In this document: positions 1-12,773 of the stretch, piece after piece
How the letters are laid out: every line of letters starts with the position of its first letter
Position numbering within the stretch: the stretch's first letter is position 1
From: an uncultured Methanobacteriaceae archaeon
GTDB lineage: Archaea > Methanobacteriota > Methanobacteria > Methanobacteriales > Methanobacteriaceae
DNA: 64,000 nucleotides
Reading direction: 5' to 3'
NCBI GenBank assembly: GCA_963733445.1
Contig: CAVTDF010000003.1
Coordinates: 470,592 to 534,591 of the forward strand
Translations under genes and position numbers: made by a program
The notes under the pieces: model-generated
Databases searched by the model: none
Told to the model about the DNA's origin: nothing
The model's input: only the letters and a program-made list of their open reading frames with translations

Positions 1-917
1 CTGAAGAACCTGCAAAGGCAGAATCAGACAAAGAAGAACCATCAACTAAAAAATCATCTCCAGATGTAAAAGTTGAACCAAATCCTGATGCTGGAAAAAG
101 CTTTTCCGAACTACTTTCAAACAAAAAAGAACTTGAAAAGAGACTTAAAGTACTGACAAAAGAACGTGATGACTTAAATGAAGATGCGCGTGATTTCAAA
201 AAGGTAAGGGACGAGTTAAACGCCAGCATCAAAGAAAATCTGGACAAAGCTCTCAAGTACCGTGACGAACGTGACAAAATCAATAAAGAAGTTCGCAAGT
301 ACAAGAAACTGCGGGACGAAACAAATCAAGAACTTAAAAAAATGGAATATGCCTCTGGAAGAAGGGATATACTCAAAATTCAAGGCGAGATTGACAAAAT
401 AGAAAAAACAATTGAGACTAAAGTTCTCGACATGAGAAAAGAGAATGAATTAGTTAAAAAGGTTCAAGATCTCAGTAAAACTCTCTCAGAAATGAAGGAA
501 GATGAAAAGGTTCAAACTGAAGCAGTTGCACTTAAAGAAACTTCAGAAGCTCATCACGCTAAGGTTGTTGAATTTTCAGACCAAGCCCAAGAAACACATG
601 AGAAGATGCTCGAATACTTCAAGAACATTGATGAAGTAAGGGCAAAGGCAGATCTCGCTCACAACAAATTCATTGAAACCCGTGAAACAGCATCAGCCAA
701 GCATGAAGAAGTAAAAGCCGTTCTTAATGAAATTAGAAGAAAAAATAAGAGTCTTGACAAAGTTAAAGCTAAAGAACGGAATATGGAAAGCGAGAAAAGT
801 AAAAAGAAGAATATGGCTGAAAAGGAGATTGCTAGGGACATATACGAGAAGTTCAAAGAGGGTAAAAAACTCTCAACTGAAGAACTCAGGCTCCTACAGA
901 AGCACAACATTGTTTGA
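1..917 (+). CDS. Archaeal coiled-coil protein (COG1340-like), 5'-truncated by window edge
   Basis: Frame is open from base 3 (EEPAKAESDK...) through the listed 342..917 ORF; K/E-rich heptad pattern. Confidence 0.75.
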   Translation, partial: EEPAKAESDKEEPSTKKSSPDVKVEPNPDAGKSFSELLSNKKELEKRLKVLTKERDDLNEDARDFKKVRDELNASIKENLDKALKYRDERDKINKEVRKYKKLRDETNQELKKMEYASGRRDILKIQGEIDKIEKTIETKVLDMRKENELVKKVQDLSKTLSEMKEDEKVQTEAVALKETSEAHHAKVVEFSDQAQETHEKMLEYFKNIDEVRAKADLAHNKFIETRETASAKHEEVKAVLNEIRRKNKSLDKVKAKERNMESEKSKKKNMAEKEIARDIYEKFKEGKKLSTEELRLLQKHNIV

Positions 918-1112
918 TTTATGATCAAACACTTCTATTTTCTCTTTTATAGATTATTTTTTTTGGATTTTTTTTAATTTTTAAAGATTTTTTTTAAATT
1001 AAAACCTTATACTTTAATTGAAATAATTCAAACCCCGATCAAATCCAAGATTATTAATATTTAATGGTTTAAAATAAATTATGAAATATTAGTTGATTGG
1101 AGTTCATTTTCT

Positions 1113-2504
1113 ATGGAACCAAAACCTACGGACAGTTCAATAAGAATTGCAGCGTTATTAGTCGCAACTTTAGCCAATTTTTTAACACCCTTTATGAGTT
1201 CGTCGGTTAATATTGCATTGCCAGCAATAGGAGCAGAATTTGCTACAAGTGCCATCCTCCTAAGTTGGGTTCCAACATCGTTTTTACTTGCCGCAGCTAT
1301 GTTTGCTGTCCCATTCGGTAGAATATCAGATATTTATGGTATGAAAAAGATATTCAGCTATGGAGTAATCATATTCACTGTAGCATCGTTCCTGTCTGCA
1401 GTTGCACCCTCGGCAGAATCCCTTATTATATTCAGGATCATTCAGGGGATAGGAGGGGCCATGATATTCGTCACCGGTCTTGCAATCATAACTTCTGTAT
1501 ACCCACCGCGGGAAAGGGGTAAAGCCATAGGAATTAACATAGCTACAGTTTATATAGCTTTATCTCTAGGACCTGTTCTTGGAGGTATAATGACGCAGTA
1601 TTTAGGTTGGAGGAGTTTGTTCTATGCAATGATCCCTCTGGGCATTTTGATCCTTATACTGACATACTGGAAACTAAAGGATGAATGGGCAGAATGTAAA
1701 GGAGAAAAGTTCGATATTAAAGGTTCTGTATTTTACAGCGTAGTCCTTGTAATGGTAATGTACGGATTTTCAACACTTCCTAATATTACTGGAATTATAC
1801 TAGTAATAGCAGGAATCATTGGATTTTTAGGGTTCTTGATGTATGAGTTAAGGCTTGAAAGCCCAGTACTCAATGTAAAACTATTTAAAAATAGGACATT
1901 CGCATTTTCAAACCTCGCAGCCCTTATTAACTACAGTGCAACCTTTGCAGTTACATTTTTATTAAGCCTTTATCTACAGTACATCAAAGCTCTTGATCCT
2001 CTTTCAGCAGGTTTAATACTGGTTGCACAGCCAGTTATGATGGCAATATTCGCACCAATTGCAGGGAGACTTTCTGACAGGTTCGTACCCCAAAAATTAG
2101 CTGCTTTGGGAATGTCGTTATCAACTATTGGTCTTTTTTTATTCGCATTTATCAACGAAGAAACTAGTATAGCGTTTATTACACTTGGATTGTTAATTAT
2201 AGGAACAGGATTTGGCTTTTTTTCATCACCAAACACCAATGCTATTATGGGATCTGTTGAGAGGAGATTTTATGGTGTTGCTTCGGCTATGGTAAGTACA
2301 ATGCGTCTTTTAGGCCAGACGTTCAGTATGGGGCTTGCACTTTTAGTTTTTGCAATATTCATTGGAAATGTTCAGATAACCACACTTCAATATCCCGCAT
2401 TATTAAGTAGTATTCATATTGTTTTCCTTATCTGCACAGTTCTATGCTTTATCGGTATCTTCGCGGCATTAATGCGTACAAAAAATAGACCAGATAATGT
2501 TTAG
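1113..2504 (+). CDS. MFS drug/H+ antiporter (DHA2, EmrB/QacA-like)
   Basis: About 14 hydrophobic segments; motif A-like GRISDIYGMKK and GRLSDRF; SSVNIALP motif. Confidence 0.9.
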   Translation: MEPKPTDSSIRIAALLVATLANFLTPFMSSSVNIALPAIGAEFATSAILLSWVPTSFLLAAAMFAVPFGRISDIYGMKKIFSYGVIIFTVASFLSAVAPSAESLIIFRIIQGIGGAMIFVTGLAIITSVYPPRERGKAIGINIATVYIALSLGPVLGGIMTQYLGWRSLFYAMIPLGILILILTYWKLKDEWAECKGEKFDIKGSVFYSVVLVMVMYGFSTLPNITGIILVIAGIIGFLGFLMYELRLESPVLNVKLFKNRTFAFSNLAALINYSATFAVTFLLSLYLQYIKALDPLSAGLILVAQPVMMAIFAPIAGRLSDRFVPQKLAALGMSLSTIGLFLFAFINEETSIAFITLGLLIIGTGFGFFSSPNTNAIMGSVERRFYGVASAMVSTMRLLGQTFSMGLALLVFAIFIGNVQITTLQYPALLSSIHIVFLICTVLCFIGIFAALMRTKNRPDNV

Positions 2505-2522
2505 ATTATTTGAAATTTAAAG

Positions 2523-5211
2523 TTAGGAGTTTGAGATTATCGATTCTCCTTCTTCTTTTTTTACCCTATAAATATGGTCTGCAGCCTCTTCAAGGTCAGG
2601 GTCGTGTGTTACTATGATCATCTGAGGGATTATTGACATTCTTTTTAAAAGTTCGATGAGTTCTTGACGTCTGTATGCATCGAGGTGTATGGTTGGCTCG
2701 TCCAGCATTATAAGCTCTAGATTTCCACCAGACAGTGTCTGTGTAATTCCAAGTCTTAATGCTAGAGCAACAGCTATTTTTTCACCTCCACTTATCATGT
2801 CCAGATTACTCTCTCCTGCAGGCCCATATACAGTTATATCATAATCATCGTCTAATTTTATGTCTGTATATTCAAAATTGAACTTCTCAAAGAAGTCTCT
2901 GGTATTCTGTTCAATAAGGGGTCTTGAAATATTTCTAAGATCTTTTTGGACCCCATCTTTACCGTAAATATCCCTTATATGAGTAAGAAGTTTTAAAAAG
3001 TCCTTCAGATTTTTAACCTCTTTCTGGAAGGCTTTGTAAGATTTGAGTTTGATTTCAAGTTCTGCAATATAACTATCTAACCCACTTTCCTTCCCAATTA
3101 ATTCCTGTTTTTTTCCATTTAAATCAGAAAATTCCAGATTTTTTATTCCCAATTCTTTTTTGATTTTAAGATGGATTTGTTCGTTGTAGGCTATTCCATT
3201 GGCATAGTTAACGAGTTTTTCTATTTCCGAGTTTTCTTCCTCTAAGTTTTCGTTAATTTGTTTCATTCGACTCATGAACGATGACTTTTGAGCAACTGCT
3301 CCTGAAAGCTGTTGATACCTCTGACTTAATTCCTCAAAATATTTTATTTCACTTTCAAGGTTTTCTACACTGCCTCCAGTTACCTCAATCAATCGACTGA
3401 TATTTTCTTTATGGACATCTTCATCCACTTGTATCCTTTCAAGTTCTTTAAGGAGTTCATCAGGATTTCCAATTGAGTTAAGAGCACCCTCTGCAACTAA
3501 ATATTTCTGATAGTAAGGTTTAATATTCTTCAATAATTCTTTTTTTTCTTTTAACTCTCCATCTATCTGATCTAATGCTGAAACTTTGTCATTTAATTCA
3601 TTGATATTCCCTTTTAAGGCTATTAATTCCTTTTGACCTTCTTCTAAATTTTTAAGCTGTTCTTTCAGTAGTTCAATATTTACAGTTTGAATATCATTAA
3701 ACTGTGCATCTAAAACATTCTTGTCGGATTTATAACCTCTTAAATCGTTATCCAGCTGGATTATCCTATTTTCGTTTAGTTCAATCTGTGATGAATAGTC
3801 TTTTATTAGTTCCATCCTTTTATTAGAATTAATTTCAGATTTACATACAGGACATTTGTCTTTAACGTTTTCTAATTCACCAATGGGCTTAATTAATTCG
3901 TTGTTCTGCATCTTTAAATTTGAGAGCTCCTTTTCTGTAACAATAATCTTGTCATCAAGAGTTTCCATTTTCTGTGATAATTCTGGTTTAACTGATTTTA
4001 AGTAGGTTTCAAGTTCCTCAACTAAACTGAATTCAGTTCCAAGTGACTTGTTGTATTTTTTAATAACATTCACAAGTTTTTCGTGTGCTAGATTCATTTT
4101 ATTAAGGGTTTGTTCTCTCCTCGATTGGTTCTGTCTCATTAACTCTCTGGATCCTTCAAAAACTACCCTCTCTGTTTCTAAATCTGATATTTCACCCTCT
4201 AAATTCGAATAATTTTCAAATAAATTCCTATTCTCTTCTAAGATGCCTTCATACTCTTTAATTTTATCTAAAGAATCATTTATCCGTTTTTTATTGGTTT
4301 GAAGAGTCTTCAAACTATCAAGAAGTTCTTTGAGTTTCTTCAAAATTTCTAATTTGGATAAATTGGGTTTAATGAGTTCGATCTCATCTTCTTTAGTTCT
4401 TATTTCATTGATCTGATTAACCAGATGTTCATGATCAACCTTTAACTTTTTTAAAATCTGTTTTTTTGCTTCAATATGGTTTACCGTCTTTTCAAAAGCT
4501 GATTTAGCTTCTTCTAGTGAATTATTTTCTTTTGTGATTGCATCTAGTTCATATTTGATTTTTTTTGTCATGGAAGATATATCTTGAACCTTTTGATGAA
4601 TAACTTCTTTTTCTGCTTTTTTTGATCTTATTTCATCATTTAGACCGTCTAATGATTCCAATTTACCTTCTAACTTTACTTTTTGCATTTCATATTGATT
4701 GATTAATGGTAACATATTTTTCCATGCTTTCTCAAGGGATTCTATGCCTAAAAGTTTCCCTATAACCTGTTTTTTCTCAGCAGGAGTTTTATCCACCAGG
4801 TTAGCTATTTCTCCCTGTCTGACATAGACTGCATTTAAAAATAGGTCGCCGTCCATTTCAAGCAGTCCATGAACTTCATCAGTAACTTGTTTATCGCCCG
4901 ATGAAAGTGGTTGGAATGCCCCTCCCTCAAGTATCTCTATTTTGGCCTTTGATACATTTTTACTGCGTTGCCTTAATACCCTATACTTTCTTCCGTTTGA
5001 TACGAATTCGAGCTCTACAGACATTTTAGTTTTGCCTATGGTTATTAACTGCTCTATCTTTTTTCCAGAATGTTGCTTGAAAAGTGCAAAACTAACCGCT
5101 TCAAGGATACTTGACTTTCCTGCACCGTTACCTCCCATTATTATGGATATTCCTGTGTTAAATTCTATTTTAGAATTCTTGTGGGACTTGAAGTTTTTCA
5201 TTACCAAGCTT

Positions 5212-5222
<11 letters not shown>
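2523..5222 (-). CDS. rad50: DNA double-strand break repair ATPase Rad50
   Basis: Walker A GGNGAGKSS, zinc hook CPVC, signature SGGE, Walker B LDEPT, long coiled coil; true start MIIES at 5222 overlaps mre11 stop. Confidence 0.95.
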
Positions 5223-6347
<1,125 letters not shown>

Positions 6348-6351
<4 letters not shown>

Positions 6352-7895
6352 TAATCTCCCCCAAGTTCCTCATATTCTCTTTTCTGCTTTTTGAGAATTT
6401 CTTCCTCATTTTTAATTGATTTTGACCATTCTTCAACTATGTTGAGGTCTCCGCCAGATATTTTACCCTTGAACTCGTCTATCTTAACCAGAGTAGGTAT
6501 CCTTGTCATCAATCCAAGTACTATGGCCTCGCCTATATTAAGTGAAGGAAGCTGAGCAATCAGATCATCACTCAAGTTCTCACTGGCCCTTTGAACGTGA
6601 CTCTGGTCTGTGGGCTCAACGAGTCTGAGTATTATCATGTTATTTGCTTGAGACAAAGCATCTGAATCCAGGGATTTTGGGCTCTGACTTACCATACAGA
6701 GTCCCACAGAAAATTTACGACCTTCCCTTGCTATCCTGCTTATCCAAAGTTTAGATTCTGTCTTTCTGTTCTGAGGTGCCAGGATATGTGCCTCTTCTAG
6801 TATTAGGAATATTGGGAATTCAAGACCATCTCCACTTCTTATAAACTCTTTCCTGCTCTTTAATACTGTTCTTAGAATATGACTAACAACAACATCGGAG
6901 GCAAATTCATCAACAGAACCAAGGTCCAAGATGTTGGCTTTACCGACCTTGATGTTGTCAATAACATCCTTTGCTTCAAGAGATAGTATGTTGCCATACT
7001 TATCCTGCATGTGCTCTACTTTATTTAAAATATCGGTTATTGATTTTCTATCGGATGCTGTTGATGATTTACCTTCGGATTCTTCTGGTTCCTCTCTTAG
7101 CCATGATTCCAGCTTGTTAATTATAAGTCCAATAAAATCTTTTCCCCTTGTTGAACCCTTCTTCAGATCTTCTTGGGCCATATTGTAGGCCTTTCTAAAG
7201 TATCTCTCCTGTACGTATGCATTTGGAGGTATGTTTGAAAGTTTTTTTATCTCTCCGAATGACATGTATATCGGATTTATCAGTGGTTTTATTATGTTAA
7301 CCCTACCTTTACCAAATTCTGTATTCACATATTCTGAGTGCATGTCGAATATTAGAACACTACCGTTAACCTTTAAGAGACCATCGACAATGACTGATAT
7401 TGTGTTAGATTTACCAGCTCCTGTCATTGCCAGAACCGCCAGATGTCTAGAAACCATTTTGTTTATATCCACTTCAACTGAAACTTCCTCCTGTGTAATG
7501 AGGTTTCCTAACTTTAAACCATAGTTTCCTAACTGGAATATTCCACTAAGAACCTTGGAATCAGCCACTTTTATCTCTGTTCCTGGTGGTGCTGGTGTCC
7601 TTGGAATTTTTAGTTCATTGTCTACATCCCCAAGAATTCTGACTGTTCCCTTCACGTAATGATCGTCTCCCTCTATCATCCTGATTTTTTCTATGGTTTT
7701 TGGATCGTATATTTCACTGTTTATTGAAACACTTCCCCTTACAAGGGCTTCAATCATTCCAAGTACTTTTTTACCGTCGTATTCTAATGAAACATACTCC
7801 CCTACCTTTGGCATTTCCTTAGAGATGAAGCTCACATCAACCAGTGATGTTTCCCCTATACACCTTCCAATCACTCCGTTAGTATCATCGTTCAT
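6348..7895 (-). CDS. herA: HerA bipolar helicase/ATPase
   Basis: HAS barrel N-terminus, Walker A AMTGAGKS, Walker B LEEAH, REGRKF; 4-nt overlaps with both neighbours. Confidence 0.93.
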
Positions 7896-8965
7896 AACAT
7901 CTCCCTCCCACTCTTCTCCAGAAATCCAATTATTTTTGAAAGCCTGTCCAAATCAACTTTCCGTATAACAACATCATTATGGGCTTTTTTAAGTAGTAAA
8001 GGATACCCTTCGGCGCTTTTACTCTTAATAACACTTAAAATATGTCTTATTTGATCTTCGTTGGCTTCATAAGGCAGTTCAAACTTGAGAATATTTTTAT
8101 AATTCTCCATTCGTGCGTAGAAAATTGTGAACTTTAAACTTCTAAAGAATTCATTTCTAACTGGAAAATCTCTTTTAACCTCTTGTTTGGAAATGCTAAT
8201 ATATTGCGGGATTGAATATCCTTCCTTCCTGCTGTATCTATCAAATACTGCCATATCTGGGATTTCAGAACCGAAATATTCATGACTGGTTGATGTTTTT
8301 GATATTGCAACTACTGCGCCCTGATTTTTAAGTAGTTCGCTAATAACCATCAAATTTTCAAGACTTTCAAGGTATATCATTGCATCCGTTTTATTATCAA
8401 ACTCTTCTTCGATTTTTTCAAAAAATTTGGACGATGCTATTCGAACATTTGAATATTTTAACTCATCATTCAGAGTTATTTCAAGTTCAGGCACATATTT
8501 ATCTTTTATTCTGTCCTTTAAATCACTTTTAAGTTTACTTTCAAGAGGAGAAGGCCTTATTAGGTTTCCTAAAATGGAACCATCGAATAAAAAAACGTCG
8601 ATATCATGTTCTTCAAAGGCTTTCAGAGCATTTTTGATCTCAAATATCCCCATGTAACTTCTTAATCTATCCTCTACATGATCATGGTGAGTTATTATAT
8701 CTATTTCAGAACTTTCTATTACATTGAGCTCATCTTTGTATACTAAGCACTCAGCATCAATTGCATAAAATATAAAACTCATAAAATTCATTTTATTGAT
8801 ACTGCCATCACCTGCAGATATTGTTAAATCAAAATCTTCTTCAGCAATGGGATATTCCCGCCAGAACAAAGAGGGATCAACATCAATACTGTTAAAATCA
8901 TTATTTATTCGTTCATTTATGTTATCCTTCTTCAAAAGAGCTTTTTCATAGAGAGAATCCATCAT
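7892..8965 (-). CDS. nurA: NurA 5'-3' nuclease
   Basis: AGDGS and LFDGS acidic motifs, GYP.LL..AH C-terminal motif; position in herA-mre11-rad50 operon. Confidence 0.92.
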   Translation of the reverse strand: MMDSLYEKALLKKDNINERINNDFNSIDVDPSLFWREYPIAEEDFDLTISAGDGSINKMNFMSFIFYAIDAECLVYKDELNVIESSEIDIITHHDHVEDRLRSYMGIFEIKNALKAFEEHDIDVFLFDGSILGNLIRPSPLESKLKSDLKDRIKDKYVPELEITLNDELKYSNVRIASSKFFEKIEEEFDNKTDAMIYLESLENLMVISELLKNQGAVVAISKTSTSHEYFGSEIPDMAVFDRYSRKEGYSIPQYISISKQEVKRDFPVRNEFFRSLKFTIFYARMENYKNILKFELPYEANEDQIRHILSVIKSKSAEGYPLLLKKAHNDVVIRKVDLDRLSKIIGFLEKSGREML

Positions 8966-9282
8966 GGTGAAACTTCCAATCTTTTAATCTTTATGCATTT
9001 TTAAATAAATTAAATTTCTCAATCAATACTAGATCAGTTCTTTGTTTATTTATTATTTTCATCATTCTTTTACATCTAATAAAGATATAACCCTTTAAAG
9101 ATTTGTATAAAATGGATTAGGAAGAAATTCTTTATTAATTAGTTTCACTGCCTTCCATCGGTTTACATGGTTTCTTAATCGTTTCGAAAATCTTTGGTTG
9201 ATATTAAAATGAGTATAGTAACTATTTAATATCATGTGGACATACCTTTTTTATTATGCTTCACATAACCCGAAAGGAGAAT

Positions 9283-9720
9283 ATGGTCTTAAATCAAATT
9301 AAATACTTTCAGAATGAGTATAAGAACGGTGTTCCATACAGAATCCTTAAATTAGACCTTGATCTATCAGAAATGGATCTTAAAGACATCCTTAATACAC
9401 TGGATCAGAAGGGTATAGTTTCTTATCAAGATGGCTCGGTAACCCTACTTGAAACTGGTACCATAAACGTTTGGGAGTCAAAAGAAGACGTTAAAAAAGA
9501 AGAACTTAACGAAACAGAGGAAAAAGCCTTTGAAATCATAAAGAATGTTGCAGGAGAATCTGGACTGATTTCAAAAACACTTCTTGAGGGAAACATGCTC
9601 TACGGTGAACTGAGACTTACCAGTCTTAAAACTTATAGCATGATCATTGCCCTGGAAAATAAAGGTCTTATTAAGAAGATTCAGCGACCAGATGGTGAGT
9701 ATTATACTTTAAACTTTTAA
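9283..9720 (+). CDS. Hypothetical protein, probable tandem winged-helix
   Basis: AGGAG RBS at 9275-79 before ATG 9283; two segments ending L..KGIV/LENKGLI typical of wHTH wings. Confidence 0.6.
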   Translation: MVLNQIKYFQNEYKNGVPYRILKLDLDLSEMDLKDILNTLDQKGIVSYQDGSVTLLETGTINVWESKEDVKKEELNETEEKAFEIIKNVAGESGLISKTLLEGNMLYGELRLTSLKTYSMIIALENKGLIKKIQRPDGEYYTLNF

Positions 9721-10151
9721 ATTTATTTTAATTATTTATTCTTTTATTAATTATAATGTTTAATAGCCCGATTCAGGATTATATATAGTTGGTGAAATAA
9801 AGATGAATATAACTGTGATCATGTCTCCAATATTAATTTACAAGAATTAAATACCATTTGATCTGAACTTTAAGATGTTTGAAGGTTAATAATATTTTAT
9901 TATTTTCATAGAATTTGATTGTAATATAATTAGATAACTTTGATATAGGGTTTAGTAACATTAAACTCGGAGAACTTATAACTCATAGATGAAAGTTGTT
10001 TATCCTCTTTTTATGTGTGGTGTTTACAGTAAAGGTGTATGAATAATGAATGGTTATCAGCTTTAAAGTTGGGTGTAATTGAAAGTTATAATTTGAATTA
10101 AATAATTGAGATCAATCAATCAAAATTTAATAATTAATTATATCTGATACT

Positions 10152-10466
10152 TTATTTTGGAACACCGTCAATACAAAAGTATTCTATAGGTTCACCGTTC
10201 GCTAAATTATTATCTAACCACACAACACATTGTGTGCATTTACATAACTCCCTCTCTGAAAGGTCCGTACATGTGGCCTTTCCATTTGAACAGTATACCA
10301 GTGGAATTTCTTCAGGTTTAATAATTTTTTTAATATCCCCTTCTTCTTTTAGTTTTTTATTTATAATGTCTAGTTTATCCTTAGAACATTTGCTATCTGT
10401 TTGAACCGGACATATTTTACATAGACATTTGTTGATATTTTCCCTGTTTAACTCAACTTTTCCCAA
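10152..10466 (-). CDS. Cys-rich DUF2769-like protein
   Basis: C.C..CP and YC..GK..C...C.C..C pattern; TTG start after GGGGGATG. Confidence 0.7.
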   Translation of the reverse strand: MGKVELNRENINKCLCKICPVQTDSKCSKDKLDIINKKLKEEGDIKKIIKPEEIPLVYCSNGKATCTDLSERELCKCTQCVVWLDNNLANGEPIEYFCIDGVPK

Positions 10467-10749
10467 TTTTTCATCCCCCTTTACGTTGTATAAATATGTC
10501 CAAATTTATATATAAAATTATTGAAAGGGATACTATCACTTAAATACTTGATAAATCCTTAATTATCCCATAACAAATTTTATTACCTCTTATTAATATC
10601 CATATCATAATTTTAATCTGTTTAAGATGATTTCAGATGATTTGAAATTGAATAAATTTTGATAACTTACTTGAATTTGAATTACTAATAACTATTATAC
10701 GAGTTTAAATTATTTGAAATATTTTCAATTCAATTTACCGGTGTTATGA

Positions 10750-11658
10750 TTGATACTAAAAATATACCCAAAATCGCCTTTCAACTTTGAATTAAGTGCT
10801 AAAATTTTTTCCAGTGGAGATCCTCAAATTCAAAGGTATGAAAAAGGTTCTTACTGGCAGTTAATATGGTTAAACAATAAGTTGGTTCTCATTACTGTAA
10901 GATCATTAGGGTCTGTTGATAAACCAGAGTTATCTGTATCCATAAAACCGGATAATGAACTCAATAAAAAGGACAGTGAACTGGCAAGGAAGATTTTAAC
11001 CTTAATTTTTAACTTGGACTTTGATCTAAAATATTTTTATAACGATATGTTTGAAGATAGGATCATGTCGAAGCTGATACTAAAACTCTGTGGTCTCAAC
11101 AGTCCCACAACACCAACGTTTTTTGAGGCCATAGTTTCATCCATAATTGAACAGCAAATATCTCTTAAAGCTGCTAGGAGCATCGAAACTAAGATGATTA
11201 AAGAATTTGGTAACATGTTACAATTAGACGATGAAACTTATTATTCATTTCCAACTCCAGAAACCATTTCTAACTTAGAAAAAGAAGATCTACGAGGATC
11301 CGGTTTGAGTTTTAGAAAAGCTGAATATGTTATAGGTTTATCAAAGAAGATTGAAGAGAATAAACTCAATTTAAATGAATTAAAAAATAAAAATACCTCT
11401 GAAATTGTCAATGAACTGTTAAAAATACGTGGCATTGGTGTTTGGACAGCAGAACTTGCAGTTATTAGGGGACTTCACAGGTTTGTCGCCTTACCTGCAG
11501 ATGATATCGGTCTTAGAAGGGTTGTATCCCATTACTATAACGATGACAAACCTATTTCAGCAGATGAACTCAGAAGGATCGCCAAGGGTTGGGGAAAATG
11601 GAGTGGTTTGGTAGCTTTCTATTTGGTGGTTGCAGATATAATGTCGATAAAAATTTAA
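10750..11658 (+). CDS. alkA: DNA-3-methyladenine glycosylase II (AlkA, HhH-GPD)
   Basis: LLKIRGIGVWTAE HhH motif, PADD catalytic Asp, IIEQQIS. Confidence 0.88.
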   Translation: MILKIYPKSPFNFELSAKIFSSGDPQIQRYEKGSYWQLIWLNNKLVLITVRSLGSVDKPELSVSIKPDNELNKKDSELARKILTLIFNLDFDLKYFYNDMFEDRIMSKLILKLCGLNSPTTPTFFEAIVSSIIEQQISLKAARSIETKMIKEFGNMLQLDDETYYSFPTPETISNLEKEDLRGSGLSFRKAEYVIGLSKKIEENKLNLNELKNKNTSEIVNELLKIRGIGVWTAELAVIRGLHRFVALPADDIGLRRVVSHYYNDDKPISADELRRIAKGWGKWSGLVAFYLVVADIMSIKI

Positions 11659-11714
11659 TAAATCCTTAAGAGGATTTAGAAACCTTTTTTTATATGAATT
11701 ACATATTAACTTAC

Positions 11715-12689
11715 ATGATTCTAATTGTTGGTGGCGCTGGATATATTGGCGCGCATATTAACAAACAGCTTAACATTAACGGTTATGAAACAATTGTTTT
11801 CGATAATCTGAGTTATGGCCACGAAGATTTTGTTAAATGGGGAACCTTTGAACGTGGAGATCTCGGAAACATCAATGATATAAGGAATATATTCAAGAAG
11901 TATCCTGTAACTGCTGTTATGCATTTTGCAGCCTTCACCTATGTTGGTGAATCAGTTGAAGACCCTCAGAAGTACTACAAAAACAACGTCTGCAACACTA
12001 TTAACCTTCTTCAGGTGATGCTTGAATTTGAAGTTAAGAAGATGGTGTTTTCATCAACATGTGCAACCTACGGCGATCCAGTTGAAATCCCTATAACAGA
12101 ACAACATCCACAAAACCCCATAAGTCCCTATGGACGTGGAAAGTTGATGGTTGAAAACATACTATCAGATTACAGCAGAGCATACAACCTTCATTACGTA
12201 TCTTTAAGATATTTCAATGCTGCAGGTGCTGACCCGAACTCAGAGATTGGCGAACTTCACGACCCTGAAACACACCTGATACCGTTGATACTTGATACAG
12301 CATCGGGTAAAAGGGAGAGCATCAGAATATTTGGAACAGATTACAACACTCCTGATGGAACTTGTATCAGAGATTACATACATGTGACAGATCTGGCTGA
12401 TGCCCACTTAAAAGCGCTTCAATATCTTGAAAACGGTGGCAAAAGTGATTATTTCAATCTTGGAAATGGTAATGGATTTTCTGTGAAGGAAGTGATAGAA
12501 AAATCCAGGGAAATTACAGGAAAAGAAATAAAAGCAGTTGAAGATAAAAGACGCCTGGGAGATCCTCCTGTTCTGGTTGGAAGCTCGGATAAGATCCGCA
12601 AGATATTGAGATGGGAGCCGAAATATGATGATCTGTCGTTGATTATTCAAACTGCATGGAAATGGCATGAAAAAAGAGAAATTGATTAA
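11715..12689 (+). CDS. galE: UDP-glucose 4-epimerase
   Basis: GGAGYIG, FSSTCATYG, YGRGK, RDYIHV. Confidence 0.93.
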   Translation: MILIVGGAGYIGAHINKQLNINGYETIVFDNLSYGHEDFVKWGTFERGDLGNINDIRNIFKKYPVTAVMHFAAFTYVGESVEDPQKYYKNNVCNTINLLQVMLEFEVKKMVFSSTCATYGDPVEIPITEQHPQNPISPYGRGKLMVENILSDYSRAYNLHYVSLRYFNAAGADPNSEIGELHDPETHLIPLILDTASGKRESIRIFGTDYNTPDGTCIRDYIHVTDLADAHLKALQYLENGGKSDYFNLGNGNGFSVKEVIEKSREITGKEIKAVEDKRRLGDPPVLVGSSDKIRKILRWEPKYDDLSLIIQTAWKWHEKREID

Positions 12690-12773
12690 AATTAGTAAAC
12701 TTATTTTTATTTTTTTTGATTTTTATTATAAGATTTAAAATCCCTGTAATATTTGGCTTCGTAATTAACATTT

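Noticed and set aside
9791-9850. 15-codon ORF (MNITVIMSPILIYKN*) after GGTGA
   Set aside because: The nearest TATA-like box is only 3 nt from the RBS, so the geometry does not fit; no recognisable product
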